DNA from: Lama glama
Taxonomy: Eukaryota
DNA length: 64,000 bases
Reading direction: 5' to 3'
Assembly: GCA_028534125.1 (NCBI GenBank)
Contig: CM052818.1
Location: 36,024,001 to 36,088,000 of the forward strand
Below the pieces are notes generated by a model, which had not been told where the DNA came from, did not search any database, and saw only the letters and a list, made by a program, of their open reading frames with translations. The position numbers were made by a program, and so were the translations under genes. Shown here in pieces: positions 50,601 to 63,682 of this stretch. How positions within the stretch are numbered: the first letter of the stretch is position 1; every line of letters begins with the position of its first letter.

Positions 50601-51529
50601 CCTGGTTCAGGAAAAAAAAATTATTTGGGCATTCAGTAAGTATTTGTTAAGTAAATGAAAGTACATATTATTCCACTGATAAGTAACTAGCTTTTTTATA
50701 GCTATATTTACTTGTAAAGCATTTATATTAACTAGTTCCAGAAAAGATTCAGAATAAATTGATTACATTACTAAATGTGATTATTACCACCCAGCAGTAC
50801 ATTTGCTTGTTTTTCTTTCTTTCTTTCTTTCTTTTTTTTGTATTTTGATCTTTTCCGTACTCTATTTATGGAAAAATTTGTGGAATAACTGTTTATGAAG
50901 AAAGGCTAAAAAAAGGCAGACTTTTTTGGTGTGCTAATTTTTAAAGGCAGGATTCTAAGTGTGAAGTAGAAAAATAAGAATGTTTAGGATTAAGTCTGGA
51001 AATGAATAGTTCTAAAGATGAAGATGCATCATAAATGCTGTATTTTTCACTTAAGTTCATTTTTGACTTTGTACCATCCTCTAACTACAGAGCATAGGGA
51101 CTAATGTTGCCATCCTGTTGGGTATTCTTGAGAAGGAGGAACTGAACTGGTCTTAAACCAGAGAGGAAGTAGGGGTGGGGGGCAGGAAACTGAGCAGAAA
51201 TAGGACAGTGAATACATCAAGAAATAATGTATTTTTACAACACTAGGAGGGCAGCATATTTCATTTGCAAATGTAATAGTATTATTTTGAGAGATTTACT
51301 TAAAAATTAATTTCACAGCTATAACAGGACACTGAATGATTTATTTATTTGTGAAACTATTCAGCGGTGGTTATGGTAGACATTTAGGGATCTAAAACCT
51401 GATGGCAGACATTTAAGTTGTTTTTACTTAAGCAGCTGTTTTGTTTTCTAGTTCATTTTCTTCACTAATGCATGTTCATTTTAGAAAAAGTGTATGTGTT
51501 TTAATAAAAATTATTTATTTTGATGATAA

Positions 51530-51760
51530 CTCTAGTAGATAAGAGTACAGGCTTTCAAATGAAGCCTCCTGCTCCCAGCTCCAACACTAAATAGCTGTAT
51601 GACCTTGAGCAACTTATTTTAATTCTCTAAGCTCGTTTCCTCATCTGTAAAATGGGGGAAATAATAGTTACTTATCTCATAGTGCTGTGTGTAATATAAA
51701 GTGCTTAACACAGTGACTGTTGCTTAGTATAAATGCTAACTCAGTGTTACCTAGTATTAC
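51530..51760 (+). mobile_element. MIR SINE
   Basis: 'tagctgtatgaccttgagcaact..ctctaagctcgtttcctcatctgtaaaatgggggaaataatag..taaagtgcttaacacagtg'. Confidence 0.85.
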
Positions 51761-53204
51761 TCCAACTTGCTTCAGTGTGAAATTTCAAAACCAAATTAGC
51801 TTAGTCCCTTTTTTATTTTTTATTAAAAAAATTTTTTTTTTACTGAGGGACTAGAAAAGAAATTAATTTTTGGCCCTTAATTTTTAATCTTACATTAAAA
51901 CAATGCATAAAATAATGCTGGAAAGTAGAGTAGAACTGACCCACAATCCCATCTCCCAACAAAGAGTCTGCCTTTTTAGTCCCCTTAATTTGGGGGACAG
52001 TGGGAAAACATAGCCTAAAGGAAGAAAATGTTCTTTATCTGAAAAAGAAACTGCTTTGGATTATTACTTCAAACTCTTTGAAACCACATTCTTAAATAAC
52101 TTCTACTTTTCAGTGTGAGGAGTGCTTGACTAGTATGAGGTTGATAATGGGAAAAAATGATCAAGAATGGTGGCAGTATTTTATTGGCTAAATAATATTG
52201 CCTTGCTACCACTTGCAGACAAGGACCCAGCAGGGTTTGCTCTGACAGTTAGGACACTCATAACTGCTGCTTTATCATTTCAGTTTTGTTTCAAGTAGGT
52301 ATTTGGACACACTCCTCACTACCCCACCACTCCTCCTTCACACTTTAGAGTGACTGCTCAAATGTAAGACTTAAGTAGGTCAAGTTAATAAATTTCACAA
52401 CTTACGTAACATTTGCTGATTTTTACTTTTAGTAGGTATAAAATACTCTTTGGTGAATATAAGTGAGAAAGTCAAGATTAATGAAGTTTGCCAAGAATGA
52501 TACAGAGTGAGAATGCGTGTGTAGCATTCATTCTGTAACTTTCTAAGCCCTGAAAACCCAAATGGTAGACAAGAAACTGTGATTAAGACTTGAAATTTAA
52601 CTTCCATTTACTTTCTTCTCCTCACTAGAAACATTTTAGGCTTTCTCTCTGCTCAAGTTCCAGTGAAATGTTTATAAATTGATTCTTGTCTTGCTGCAGA
52701 GACAACGTGTATTGGAAAGCTTTTTCTCCCCCATCCCTCCTTTCTTCTAGTGTCTGATCTTCATTGTATGATTCTGAATTGAAATTTTTGCCTCCTCCTT
52801 CCAGCATTCTAGCTCCTACATCCAGGATTCAGAGTCCCACTGGGTCCCAGAAAGCTAAGTCACTTGGATGATTGAGAAGGAAAGAGCCATTTAGGTTAGA
52901 GACAGATAACCCCAAACTTTCTGAACACTCTTCTCCAGTACTGGGGTTTAGTCTTTATAGCCTTTCAGTAATCCCACCTTGAAAAAGTATAGGCTGCAGC
53001 TCCCTCTTAAATCCATCTTTGCTATTGCTTTCCTCATGAGGTTGACTTTACCTCATCTTTGTCTTTCTGGGGGTTTCAATGGAAAAAGCCCCCTTGCCTC
53101 CTTTTTTGCCATCTGCTTTAACTTTCTTTTTATTGTCAACCACTATCTTTCCTCTTTAAAAAGTTAAACCCAATAGAAGTTACTCATAATTCTTGGTATT
53201 GAAT

Positions 53205-53430
53205 TAATTCCTTCTTCTAGCAAATAGTGAGTGCCTACATGCCAGGAACTGGTCCAACCACTGGGAATATAAACAGTGAACAAAATACACCAGAAACCCT
53301 GCCCTTGTGCTGCTTGTGTTCAAGAAGTGGGAAGAGAGACAATAAAACGTCTAGAAGTTAGAATTTGCTAAGTGCTATGGAGAAAAGTAAGGTAGGAAAT
53401 GGGGCTAGGGAATGTGTGGGCAGGTGGGTG
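53205..53430 (-). mobile_element. L2 3' end
   Basis: 'gcaaatagtgagtgcctacatgccagg..ctgggaatataaacagtgaacaaaa..ccctgcccttgtg..aagtgctatggagaaaa'. Confidence 0.75.
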
Positions 53431-53779
53431 GGGATAAATTGAGAGAAATAAATTTGCCTTATTCAAAATTATTAAGGAATTCAAAGATTGGAGAAGGATT
53501 ATTATACATACTTTATGAATAAATTTCAGTTCATTGTATTTAATAGAAATGTTTATCGTTTAAGTATTATTATTTGGTTTGCACCCCCAGATTTCTGAAT
53601 ACTTCTATTTTCTAGTAACTTAAGCTAGAAAAAAAAACCCCTAAAAAACCCAACACCTCATGCACAACATGGGCTGAGAGCAGAAATTTGTCAAATGGTT
53701 TAGAATAGATACCTTAATTTGATTTTTTTCTAAAAGTGCTATGTTGTGTGTGTTTTAAATTCTATAGACTTTTTCGTTC

Positions 53780-54850
53780 GTACCATTTTTATTTTGATGA
53801 GTAATATATATTCCTTGTGGAAAACTAGAAAGCTAAAGGGAAGTTGAAGGAAGAAAATAATAGTCCCTAATAATCATATTACCCAGAGAGATGTTCAGTG
53901 TTACTATTTTGGTAGATTTCTTTGTGAAAAATGGAATTATATACTCTGTTTATGTACCTTGCTTTTTGGTTACTGTCACTTATCAAAACCATGGTTCTAT
54001 TTTATTATATATTTATCTGCAATTTTTATTGGCTAAATAATATTGCCTTGCTACATCTGAATGTTAATAATGTCTAATATTTATTGAGCATTTACTATAT
54101 CCTAGTTAGTTTTGAGACGCTTTACATATTTTCACATATTTAGTCTTCAGCCTCTCTATAAGAGCTGTTTTATTATTTATTTTACAGTTTATTATTTAAG
54201 GACAGGTGTAGTAATTTTCCCAAGATTCCACAGCCAATAAGTGGCAGCTAGAGGTTATGAACTTCGTCTCTGTATCCTGTGCTCATGTCATTGTCTCATA
54301 TGGATTCTCTAACATTAAGATACTTTCTAATTTTTTTGGTTATTTGAAATTGTGCCACAGTTAACATCCTTGTAACCATATCTGTGTTTACATCTATGAT
54401 GCTTACAATCTATGGTGGTTTCATTAGAATAAATTTCTAGTAATTGCAGTAATATTGGGTAAAAAGGTATGGATACTTCCTAAGGCCCATGTAAATGTAT
54501 TGCCAAGTTGTCTTCTAGAAAAACTTGTCAGTACCAAAGTGTTCTCCTACCAAGTGAAACCAGCCTATTATCCACATCCTCAGAAACATTGGCTTTTTTT
54601 TTTAGTCTGCTAATTTGATAAAGACCACCTTGTTTTAATTTTTCTTTCTCTGAATATTAATCAGGTTATATGTTTAAAGTTTTTTTTTTCTTTGAGAAAT
54701 ATGTCTCTGCCCTTTTCTCATTTCATTGACATGTTCATCTCTTGGTTATTTCTAAGAATTCTTTATATATTACGAATAGTAACTCTTTGCCATGTAGGTG
54801 TAAATTTTTTTCCAAGTTTGTTTCTTAGTTTTGTAAATGGATTTTTATAA
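53780..54850 (-). mobile_element. L1ME-type 3' fragment interrupted by a MIR (about 54060-54300)
   Basis: 'aatcatattacccagagag..gttactattttggtag' and 'tagaataaatttctagtaattg..tattgccaagttgtcttctagaaa'; MIR segment 'aatatttattgagcatttactatat..cccaagattccacagccaataagtggcag'. Confidence 0.7.
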
Positions 54851-56299
54851 ATGATAATGATAACTAACTATGTGTAGTGCTGTTCTAATTCAGTATATTT
54901 ATTAAATCATATAATTTTTACAACATCCTGATGAGGTAGGTGCTATTATTAGCTCCATTTGCAGAGTTCTTTTACATTGTGTTTTTAATTCTCAAATAGC
55001 TTTTTCTTCTGTGTGTTTGCCCATTTCTGTTCCCAATTCCTGAAAATCTCTTTTCTCTTCCTAGCCTACTGGGTGATACCTATTGTTTAGTTCTTCATTA
55101 CTCAGTTTAGGAGTCATTTCCTCTGGGATTGCTCATCTAACAACATTCTAGTTTCCTAAGACAAAGTAAGGTGTCCACCTTCTGTCTTTTCTTTATACCT
55201 ATAACACTTAAATGCAATTCTCAGTTTTGGTCTTATTCCTCTTATGTATTTCCTGCTCTTATACATCTTACACAGGTATTAAACATCTGATGACTCCATT
55301 TTAAGTATTTGTTGATTTGAATTAAAGGTCCTCATGATGATGTTGGTGATGTGAAGAAGGGAATCAACCTTCCATTTATGTCAAATGGAGAAACTTACAT
55401 GGAGGAAGTAACATTGGAACTGGGCTTTGAAGGCCAGTGGGGCAAGAGGGAGAAAAGGAGAAGCCTTAAGACCAAAACTGAGTGGAAACAGAGGTGGAAA
55501 TTTCCCATTCTGGGAACAACAAGTTATTTACAGTGATTTTAAGGATTATTAACCTTGCCTCTGGGAAAGCCTGATAAAATAAATCCCTCTTTCACCCAGC
55601 ATACCTGATCTGGTGTTCAGAATATTTAAATCTTCATTCTGGATCTCTTCTCCTATGAAACAGTGCTCAATTTCTCTTCTGACTTCCCCCTTTCTCTGAT
55701 GTGATGGAGGAAGTTGGAGGATCGTGACGTAACCTTGGCAAGATCTTGAAATGCCCAAGGAAGTTTGGTGACTTGTGGGGGCAGGCCCACTGGCAGCCTT
55801 TGCAAGTGGAAGCCTTGGGGAGAGAACGAACCCTCCGGCTTTTGTTTGTGGAGACTCGGGTACCTACACACCTTTCCTTGGCTGTTAGCATGTTGGATGA
55901 GACCTCAACTCCTTTTCTCTCCAGCTTCATTACATTTCTGTTCTTCTTGTTTTGATAACAGACCTCTTACTCTGCTAGTTTAATCTTGAAGTATACTGAC
56001 TGCTGGTCTCGAAGAACAAGTGAACACTTTATGTATTAGCAGTATAATTTATTTGATATTTAATGTAAATATTTTTCCGAATCCTTTTCTTAACTTTATT
56101 TCTTATGTAAATAAAACTTTTTCATTATGAAAATAATAAATGCTAATTGAAGAAACTCTGTAAAATAGGGTGAGGGGAGGAGACAAAAGTCATTCTAAGT
56201 CCAACAACCAATGACAACCACATTTTGGTATCTCCTACCCACCCTGTCTTTTCTCTTGGTTTTTACATATATGTTGTACATGTTTTACAACACAGCGCT

Positions 56300-56512
56300 A
56301 GTTAGGGACATTGCTTGTGCTGTCTGATTGGGGTTTTAGTTCCAGCTTAGCCTTTTACTGTTTGTGAGCCTCACTAAGCCTCAGTTTTCTTTTCTTTAGA
56401 AAGCAGATTTTACAGTAGTATTTATCCTTAGAGTTGTTGTGAGGGTGAAGAGATAATGTATGTATAGTATGACCATCTCATTATAACTCTTCAATAAATG
56501 TAACAATAATGA
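56300..56512 (+). mobile_element. MIR SINE
   Basis: 'ctaagcctcagttttctt..gagttgttgtgagggtgaagagataatgtatgta..tcaataaatgtaac'. Confidence 0.7.
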
Positions 56513-56951
56513 TCAGATCTGTCTTTCGGTTAGGTTAGCTTGGGCTGCTCCTCTTGGCAGTGTTTGGAGGGAGGGAGTGGTCAGGGCACTGTACCCTCTT
56601 TTCTGAAATAATTACCATTTAATTTCAAAATACATATTTTTTAACATTCTCTAGAGGCCTATGAAAACGTTTATGGTGAGGCCTCCTTTAAAGAGTGATT
56701 AATCTTGGGCCAGCCCCACAGCGGGTGGGTGGCCCTGTTAATGATGATATCAAAGGTAATGAAATAAGAATGACAACATGTAGAGACCTGAGTGCCAGAC
56801 TTGGTATTTGGTAAGTATTCAGTGATTGTTGGCTGCTGTTATTTTCATGATGATAACACATTTGTATTATGTCATACATTTAAATTATAAGAGCATAACC
56901 AGTTTGCAGGTTATTACATGGTCTAGCTGCAGTTTTATTAAAAGTAGGTTG

Positions 56952-56989
56952 TTGAGATATAATTCACATATTGAGATATAATTCACATA
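56952..56989. repeat. Perfect 19-bp tandem duplication
   Basis: ttgagatataattcacata x2 (an antisense L1 3'-end motif). Confidence 0.9.
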
Positions 56990-56999
56990 TGAATTTGAT

Positions 57000-57660
57000 T
57001 TAAGTGGCAGCATACTTGGCTCAGTGTATTCTCCCATTTTTAGATACTCATACTATCTCCATTTTTTCCCATAATAACTAATAATAACTGCAGTGAATAT
57101 CATTGTAAATAAAGCATTTGCCACATACATTATTTCCTTAGGACAGATTTCCAGAAGTGAAGCTATTGGCTTACAAAGTATGAATGTTGTTAGAATTCTT
57201 GCTGTATATTTTCACACTGCCTTCTGAAATGCTTCACCAGCTTGCACCCCCATGAGTATGTTTGTAGCACTCGTTTCCTCTCACCTTTGCTAGCCCTGAG
57301 TACTAGCCAGGGTCGGGGGTATTTTTTTTTTTTCTTTTTGAAATAAGTTTGTAAAGAGTAATAAAGCAAAAATTCATTTGCATTTTCTTGCTATTATTAG
57401 TGATATTAACATTTATTAGCCAGTTTTATTTCTTCTTTGGAAAATTGTTTATTTGAGGTCTTCATTATTCTCATTATTTTAGTAGCTCTCTGTACATTAA
57501 AAATAATGACTGTCATGTTTGTTGTGATTTTCCCTCAATTGTATACCTTTTAATTTTGTGTTCAACAGAAGTTTAGAATATTTATATAGACAAATCTGCA
57601 CTATTTCCTTTGCGTTTTCTTGAATGGCTTCTAAACTTAAAAAGTTATCTTTGTTTCAAA
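57000..57660 (-). mobile_element. L1ME-type fragment
   Basis: 'aataactgcagtgaatatcattgta..ttatttccttaggacagatttccagaagtga..catttgcattttcttgctattattagtga'. Confidence 0.7.
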
Positions 57661-58689
57661 GAAGTGATATTTTGCTTAAAGGTGAAGCATCTGTCTGAGT
57701 TTTTTCCCCTCCATACTTCTTACTCAAATCAAGTAAATAGTTCTGCTTTAATATTTAGTCCTGATATGAGACAGAAGAGAACAGACCACATAGCTGGCTC
57801 CCCCCACCACGCTCCCCATACAACAGTGCAGGCTGAGTCACAAGCTATTCTTAGGTGTTTTCCCCCCTTGTGTGGGTGAATTGTCTTGTTCAGAGTTGTT
57901 GACTAATTCTTCTAAAATTGGTTTAATTTAAATCTTCAATATAATTGGAGTACTAATCACTTCAGTATTAGTTTACCATTCCTATTCTTTTAGGCCCTGT
58001 TTATTAGTTGATTCTTTGTGGGCTAAATTTAGCATTTATAAAATTCCAAACTTATAATCTGTATTCAGACATCTTAAACTGAACATGCTAAGTTGCAGAA
58101 CTAAAACTAAGAACTAAATTTGTATAGAACAGTTATCTTCTTTGAAGCTTTTAAGTTTCAACATGCTTTATGTATTTAGGGCCCTAAGCCTCTATGTAGA
58201 AATAATAGTAACCTTTTTCTCAAATATTCATCAATGACATTAGCCTGTTATTTTCTATTTTGGTAGTGTCTTTGTCTGGGTTTAGTATCAGGTTTCTCAA
58301 ATATTGATTAAAGAAAACATATCCTTTTTATTAGTAATTGGTATAATTGCATTTTGTTGTACCAATTCAGTGAAACCAAGCTAACTATTATAGTTGAAAA
58401 TTATGTTGAAATAACAGTAGTCATAGCCATCATTTACGAGCACCTTTTGTGTGCCAGATGCTTTACAGATATGATAGCTGAGCCTTAAAACAACCTGGCA
58501 TTTAGGTACAATTATCTACATTTATAGGTTAGGAAATTGAAGCTATATCATGTGGAAGTCCACTAACAGAAGGAGTAACTGCACTGGGATAGGAACTCAA
58601 GTTGGTTGATCTGTTTTCAAAGTTCAGGTTCCAATCTGTCAGTTTGTTTGTCCTCAGTGCAGTTGAAAGAATGCTAATCTCTCAGAATC

Positions 58690-59770
58690 AAAGCTTTTGT
58701 ATTTATTAAGGGACCTACCATGTGGCTCAGTGTTGGGCACTGATTATGTGAAGATGAAGAGACATTAACAGGAGCTGTCAGTCTCTTAAAAGTGGGCAGC
58801 ATGAATACAAAGGTTGTAGTAGTAATTGGTATGTAGTTTAATGGAGATAGATATAAGAGGAATGAGAATGTGGCAAAGGAAGCTTTTATAAGTAGAAATA
58901 TCACTGAGAAGGTAGGTAGTTCCACAGGTTCAGAGAGAGAGGGAATGGGAATAAGATAGAGCAGAGGTGGAAGGGAAAGGTATTCCAACACTGGAAAAGT
59001 AGGCAGAGGATAGATGCTAAAACACCTTGTATGCCATGTGAAAGGAGATTAGATTTTTTTAAAACATCAACTTTATTCATATGCCATAAAATTCACCCTT
59101 TTAAAGTTTACAATTCTGTGGTTATTTTTGTATTCACAGAATTGCACAAACATCACCACTAATTTTAGAACATTTTCAGCATTCAAAAGAGTCCTGTATA
59201 CCCATTAGCAGCCACTCTCCATTTCCCCCCAGTACCCTGAGTTCTAGGTAACCTCTAATCTACATTTTGTCTGTATGAACTTGCCTGTTCTGGACAAATG
59301 GGAGTATAGAATATGTGGTCTTTTGTGGCTGGCTTCTTTCACTTACCATAATATTTTTAAAGTGCATGCATTTTGTAGCATGTATCAGTAATTCATTCCT
59401 TTTTATGGCCAAAGGTTCCATTGTACAGGTATACTACATTTTGTTTATTCAGTTAATGGACATTTGGGTTGTTTCCACTTTTTGGATATTATCAGTAATG
59501 CTGCAATGAGCGGTTGTGTACAAGTCTTTGTGTGGACATAGGTTTATGTTTTCATTTCTCTTGAGTTCATACCTAGGGGTGGAATTGCTGAGTTACATGT
59601 TAACATATGTTTGAACATTTTGAGGAAGTGCCAAATTGTTTTCCAAAGCAGCTGGAACGTTCTCACCAGCAAGGTATGAGGGATGCAGATTAGTAGGAGA
59701 TTAGATTTTATACTATCGGTGAGCAGAGTCATAGTGGAAAAATGATTGAGAATGATTGGATTGTATTGCT
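58690..59770 (-). mobile_element. L2 fragment interrupted by an L1MB
   Basis: 'gtatttattaagggacctaccatgtg..cagtgttgggcactg...ccttgtatgccatgtgaaaggagattagatttt'; resumes after 59695. Confidence 0.7.
59058..59694 (-). mobile_element. L1MB-type 3' end with 15-bp TSD
   Basis: 'ccataaaattcacccttttaaagtttacaattctgtgg..cccattagcagccactctcc..acctaggggtggaattgctg'; TSD aggagattagatttt at 59043-59057 and 59695-59709. Confidence 0.9.
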
Positions 59771-60433
59771 GCTTCCCCCATATGGTTCAAGACATATGCT
59801 AGGTCAGAAGGCTTTTTCTGAGGAATAAAACTAAAATGCAAGTTGTTTCCTCAATTCTTGATGCTAGTATATTCTCCTAGTCTTTGATTTTTATGTATTT
59901 GTATGGACTACTTATAATCTGAGTTATTATGGGTTACTGAAATTTAGTGTTCATAAACTAAAACTAGCCAATTTCTGGAGCTTACTAGGGGCTCTAATTT
60001 GGTTTTCTTCTAAGGAATCTTTTAGCTATACAAAGCTTTGGCAGCATTGCATTGAATAGAAATATTCCTACTATGCACGCCCACACTGAAGGATACTGTT
60101 TTCAGTGCATCATTAGTGTTGTCTTGAGTTTGATTTGGTTCCAGTTGCTGCTATTCTTGAACTAGCTATAATTATAGTATTATGTTAGCTTTACTTTTGT
60201 TGACCATTTTGATCTTGTGTAAATGTTGCATTGCTATAATTCCTTTATCATGGAGTTATTTTTCTACTGGAAAATAGGAGCAAGTGGATAGGTTGGATTT
60301 CTTGTCCCACTTTGGGAGGCCATGGTTAGAAGAGTTTTGGAATGAGTGGATTACATAATTGGGAGGATTCCTTTTCGCTCTAATATCCAACGCTAATACA
60401 TTTTTAAAATGGGAATTAGCATATATTATAATT

Positions 60434-60618
60434 AAGGGTCTTAATTGCGGAATACATGAATCTCTGAAAGTCCACAGATTGGCTTTGGATGTCTGAAATC
60501 TTTGAAATTGTATGCCACACTTTGTGCATTTGTGTTTTTTTCCAGAGAGAGAAATTAGGTTTGCCAAATTTCTTTTAAAAAAGAAATATATGACCCCTCA
60601 AAATTAAAGAATTCAGAC
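60434..60618. mobile_element. hAT-Charlie MITE (MER103-like)
   Basis: 'agggtcttaatt..gtccacagattggcttt..tgaaattgtatgc..tgacccctcaaaattaaagaa'. Confidence 0.55.
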
Positions 60619-61372
60619 TGATGAAGAGAATTTGTAAATTTGTGATTTGAAGTCTTGAAGGAAAGTGGGACCTTGCTTTGGTTACATGTTGCTGTTCAGT
60701 AATAGATATTTTCTGGATATGCTCTTTTTAGAGTAACTAATTCCATGTTAGAATATCTTTATTTATCCTGGTAATTTTTGTCCCTGTCAGAACTTGGAGT
60801 TTGCCTTTAAGGTCCTCATTGCATATGTGTTATTTTATATTGACTTTCTTGAATGATTAGGATGTTCTATTTAAAAGCATTATTTTTTCTGCAGCTATTG
60901 CATGCTTTACTTACAGTGATTGAGATGTACTGATATTTTAAAAAAAACTTTAATTGGCTTTATAGAATAGGAAAATGGATGAATGCTTTTCTGTCCATTG
61001 GCTATTAGCTTTTCTTTCCTCTACTCTCCTGTTCTGTTTGTGTTTTGGTTGCAATTGGAAACTACCCGACACCGTCACCATCACCGTCACCAATGGAAGC
61101 TCTTCCCCTGCAGGCCCTGCTGGGGTGTGGCATCAGTTTGGATGCTAGTCTGTTTAGGCCTCTGAAGTAGGGTGCGTGTGGAGGAGTGTACTTTTCCTCT
61201 GTAGTTTTTAGCACTGGATATAGCATGGCTTGATTTGAGATGTGATTGGTAATTTCAGTTAAATGTTTTTGGTAAAACAGAGTTGTTACTTAGTATTATT
61301 TATAATAGACTAAAAAATTGAGAAGGGCAAGGCTCTGGGTAATAGTGGCTGTTGGGTTAAAAGATGGTACAA

Positions 61373-61632
61373 TGTAACATAAAAACATATGTGGTCATTG
61401 TCCCTGGTTCCTGGCACAGAACTCCTAAAGCCTTTGGAATTCCCGGACTGACAGGAAAGCTGCTTTTCATCCTACCTGAGCTTATGTAAATGAAGTGACT
61501 GCCAGTGGCACCCCTAGGTAGCCTTGGATAAAGCTGGATGACCTGAGAGATCTAGCAGTTAGAGAATTGGAACTTTCAGCCCCACCTACCGACCTCCAGA
61601 AAGAGGAGGTGGGTGCTGGAGTTTGAGCTCTA
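61373..61632 (+). mobile_element. MER21-like LTR 5' fragment
   Basis: 'tgtaacataaaaacatatgtggtcattgtccctggttcctggcacagaactcctaaagcctttggaattccc..ttggaactttcagccccacctaccgacctcc'. Confidence 0.75.
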
Positions 61633-62449
61633 TTTACACGTGTACACATAAACACACACACTTTTTTACATAGCTGTGTTTATATATTTATTAATTAATG
61701 TATGCATGATTATAATAAATATTAATATTTGTTATAAATATATTTACATAGTTTTTACATAGTTGTAATTATAGTGTAGATTTTTGTCTACTCATTACAT
61801 GGAATTTTTTTGTGTTTAATGATGCTCATAAATTATAATGGCTATAATATTTGTATCGAGTAATAGACTATGATTTATTAACCACACTCTAGTTTTCAGA
61901 TGTTTAGATTGTTTCAAGGTTTTTTGCTATTATAAGTAAAACAGTTATGAATATGATTATTTGGCAGATGTATATTAAACATTTACTCTGTCAAACTTTA
62001 TTAGGTGCTGGATTTACAAAAATAAGATCCTTTCCCTCAAGAGGTTTTCTTCTAATCCTTGACAAGTGCATATATAATTTTGAATATTTGCATGTGTATT
62101 CTAGAATTTTGTGTTTTTTTAAAGTTTACATTGAATCATAAACATTACCTATCTACCATAGCCTTGAAATTATTATTTGTAATGCAGAGTATTCTAAATG
62201 AATACAACTTTATTTTCTTGTTCCTTCCTCTGTTGGATAAATTATTTGTATTTTTTCTGCTGTTGATGACATTGTCATATGCATCTTTCCATTCTGTTTT
62301 CCTCCTTTGGATTATTTTCTTAAGATAAATTCCCATAAATGGGCCAAGTGGGTAAATTGTTTTGGTTGAATGTTGCCAAATTTAGAGGCATGTGCTTTAC
62401 CTTAAACCTGTACTTCTGTGGTATTTGCCTTCTTTAAAAAATTGATGTA

Positions 62450-62640
62450 AATGTTTAACAACAAGGTCCTACTGTATAGCACAGAGAACTATATCCAGTA
62501 TCTTGTAATAAACTATAATGGAAAAGAATCTGAAAAAGAAGATATGGACATAATATAGTCTTTTATATATATAACTGAATCACTTTGCTCGATACCAGAA
62601 ACTAATACAACATTGTAAATCAACTATACTTCAGTTTAAA
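62450..62640 (+). mobile_element. Cetartiodactyl L1 3' end, short
   Basis: 'aacaacaaggtcctactgtatagcacagagaactatatccagtatcttgtaataaactataatggaaaagaatc..cattgtaaatcaactatacttca'. Confidence 0.9.
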
Positions 62641-62649
62641 AGAATTATG

Positions 62650-63615
62650 TACTTTTTTTGCACAGTTTAAAATTTATAGAAAAATTGAGCAGTTTACAGT
62701 TTCCCATATACCCTTCCACCCAGTTTCCCTATTATTATTATTATTAACTGAAGTCCATGCTTTATTTACTTTTCCTTAGTTTTTACCTAATGTCCTTTTT
62801 TTGTTCCAGGCTCCTATATCATAGCACATTTAATTGTCATGGCTGCTAATGAGATAGGAGGGAAGGGCGTAGGGCATAACTGTTAAAAGAATGACACAGC
62901 AGGTAGCACCAAGATGAGGGAAGATTCAGCTCCCAGGAGACCCTGAGACCCAAGATGGCAGAAGATTTGACTTCCAGTAGACCTTGAGCTTCATTATGTG
63001 CTCATTGTAATACAATAGCATGCTAAATGAGATACCCACAGGCGCCATGACAGTTCTAAGGCTAACCATAAACAGTCAAAAAGTGGGTTGTGGCCCAGTT
63101 GCTGGGAATCCTAGCCCCTTCCTCAAAGTAATAGAAATAATCTTCCCACTTGTTAGCATATCAAGTTACTGAGCCCATAAAAACTAAAATTCCATACCGC
63201 ATGGGTTTTCTCTTGCCTTTTGAGATGGCCTGCACTCTGTCTATGGAGTGTGTATCTACTTATACTTTAAACACTCACCCCTATGCCTCTTGGCCTCTCT
63301 GGCCTTCTGAGATGGCCAACATTTGGTCTATGGAGTGTGCATCTCTCTGAATATATCTGCTTTTACTCAACTATGGCTCACTCCTGAATTCTTTCTTGCA
63401 CCAAACCAAGGACCCTCACTTGATGGGGCATGTCCTGCCTGGGACATGGCCATCCTCTTGTACCCCCCCCCCCTTCCTGCATCACTTAGGCTCCTCTTGG
63501 TTGTGACAGTTTCTCAGACTTTACTTATTTTTGATGACTTTGGCAGTTTTGAGGAGTATTGGTTAGGTATATTGTAGGATGCTCCCCTATTGGAATTTGA
63601 TGTTTTTGTTGTGAG
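62650..63615 (-). mobile_element. L1MC-type 3' fragment split by a solo LTR
   Basis: 'cagtttaaaatttatagaaaaattgagcag..ttcccatataccc..tttttacctaatgtcctttt'; resumes at 63485 with 'ttaggctcctcttggttgtgacagtttctcagact..ttttgaggagtattggttagg'. Confidence 0.8.
62850..63484 (+). mobile_element. MER41-like ERV1 solo LTR (635 bp)
   Basis: TG...CA termini (tgagatagg ... ttcctgcatca), 4-bp TSD ctaa/ctta; MER41 hallmarks 'tagcatgctaaa..cccacaggcgccatgacagtt', 'ctctgtctatggagt', 'tgaattctttcttgc..ccaaggaccctc'. Confidence 0.85.
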
Positions 63616-63682
63616 ACAAACAGTGATGGACCAGGCAGGCAAGTTAACCTGATGTATTTATTACAGTATAAATTTATCAGAA

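Noticed and set aside
51238..51258. Second CTCF-like site (acactaggagggcagca)
   Set aside because: An extra base in the core breaks the spacing, and the CC start is missing.
61070..61092. (CACCRT)4 repeat encoding His/Arg or Thr-Val runs
   Set aside because: Short simple repeat with no clear exon boundaries.
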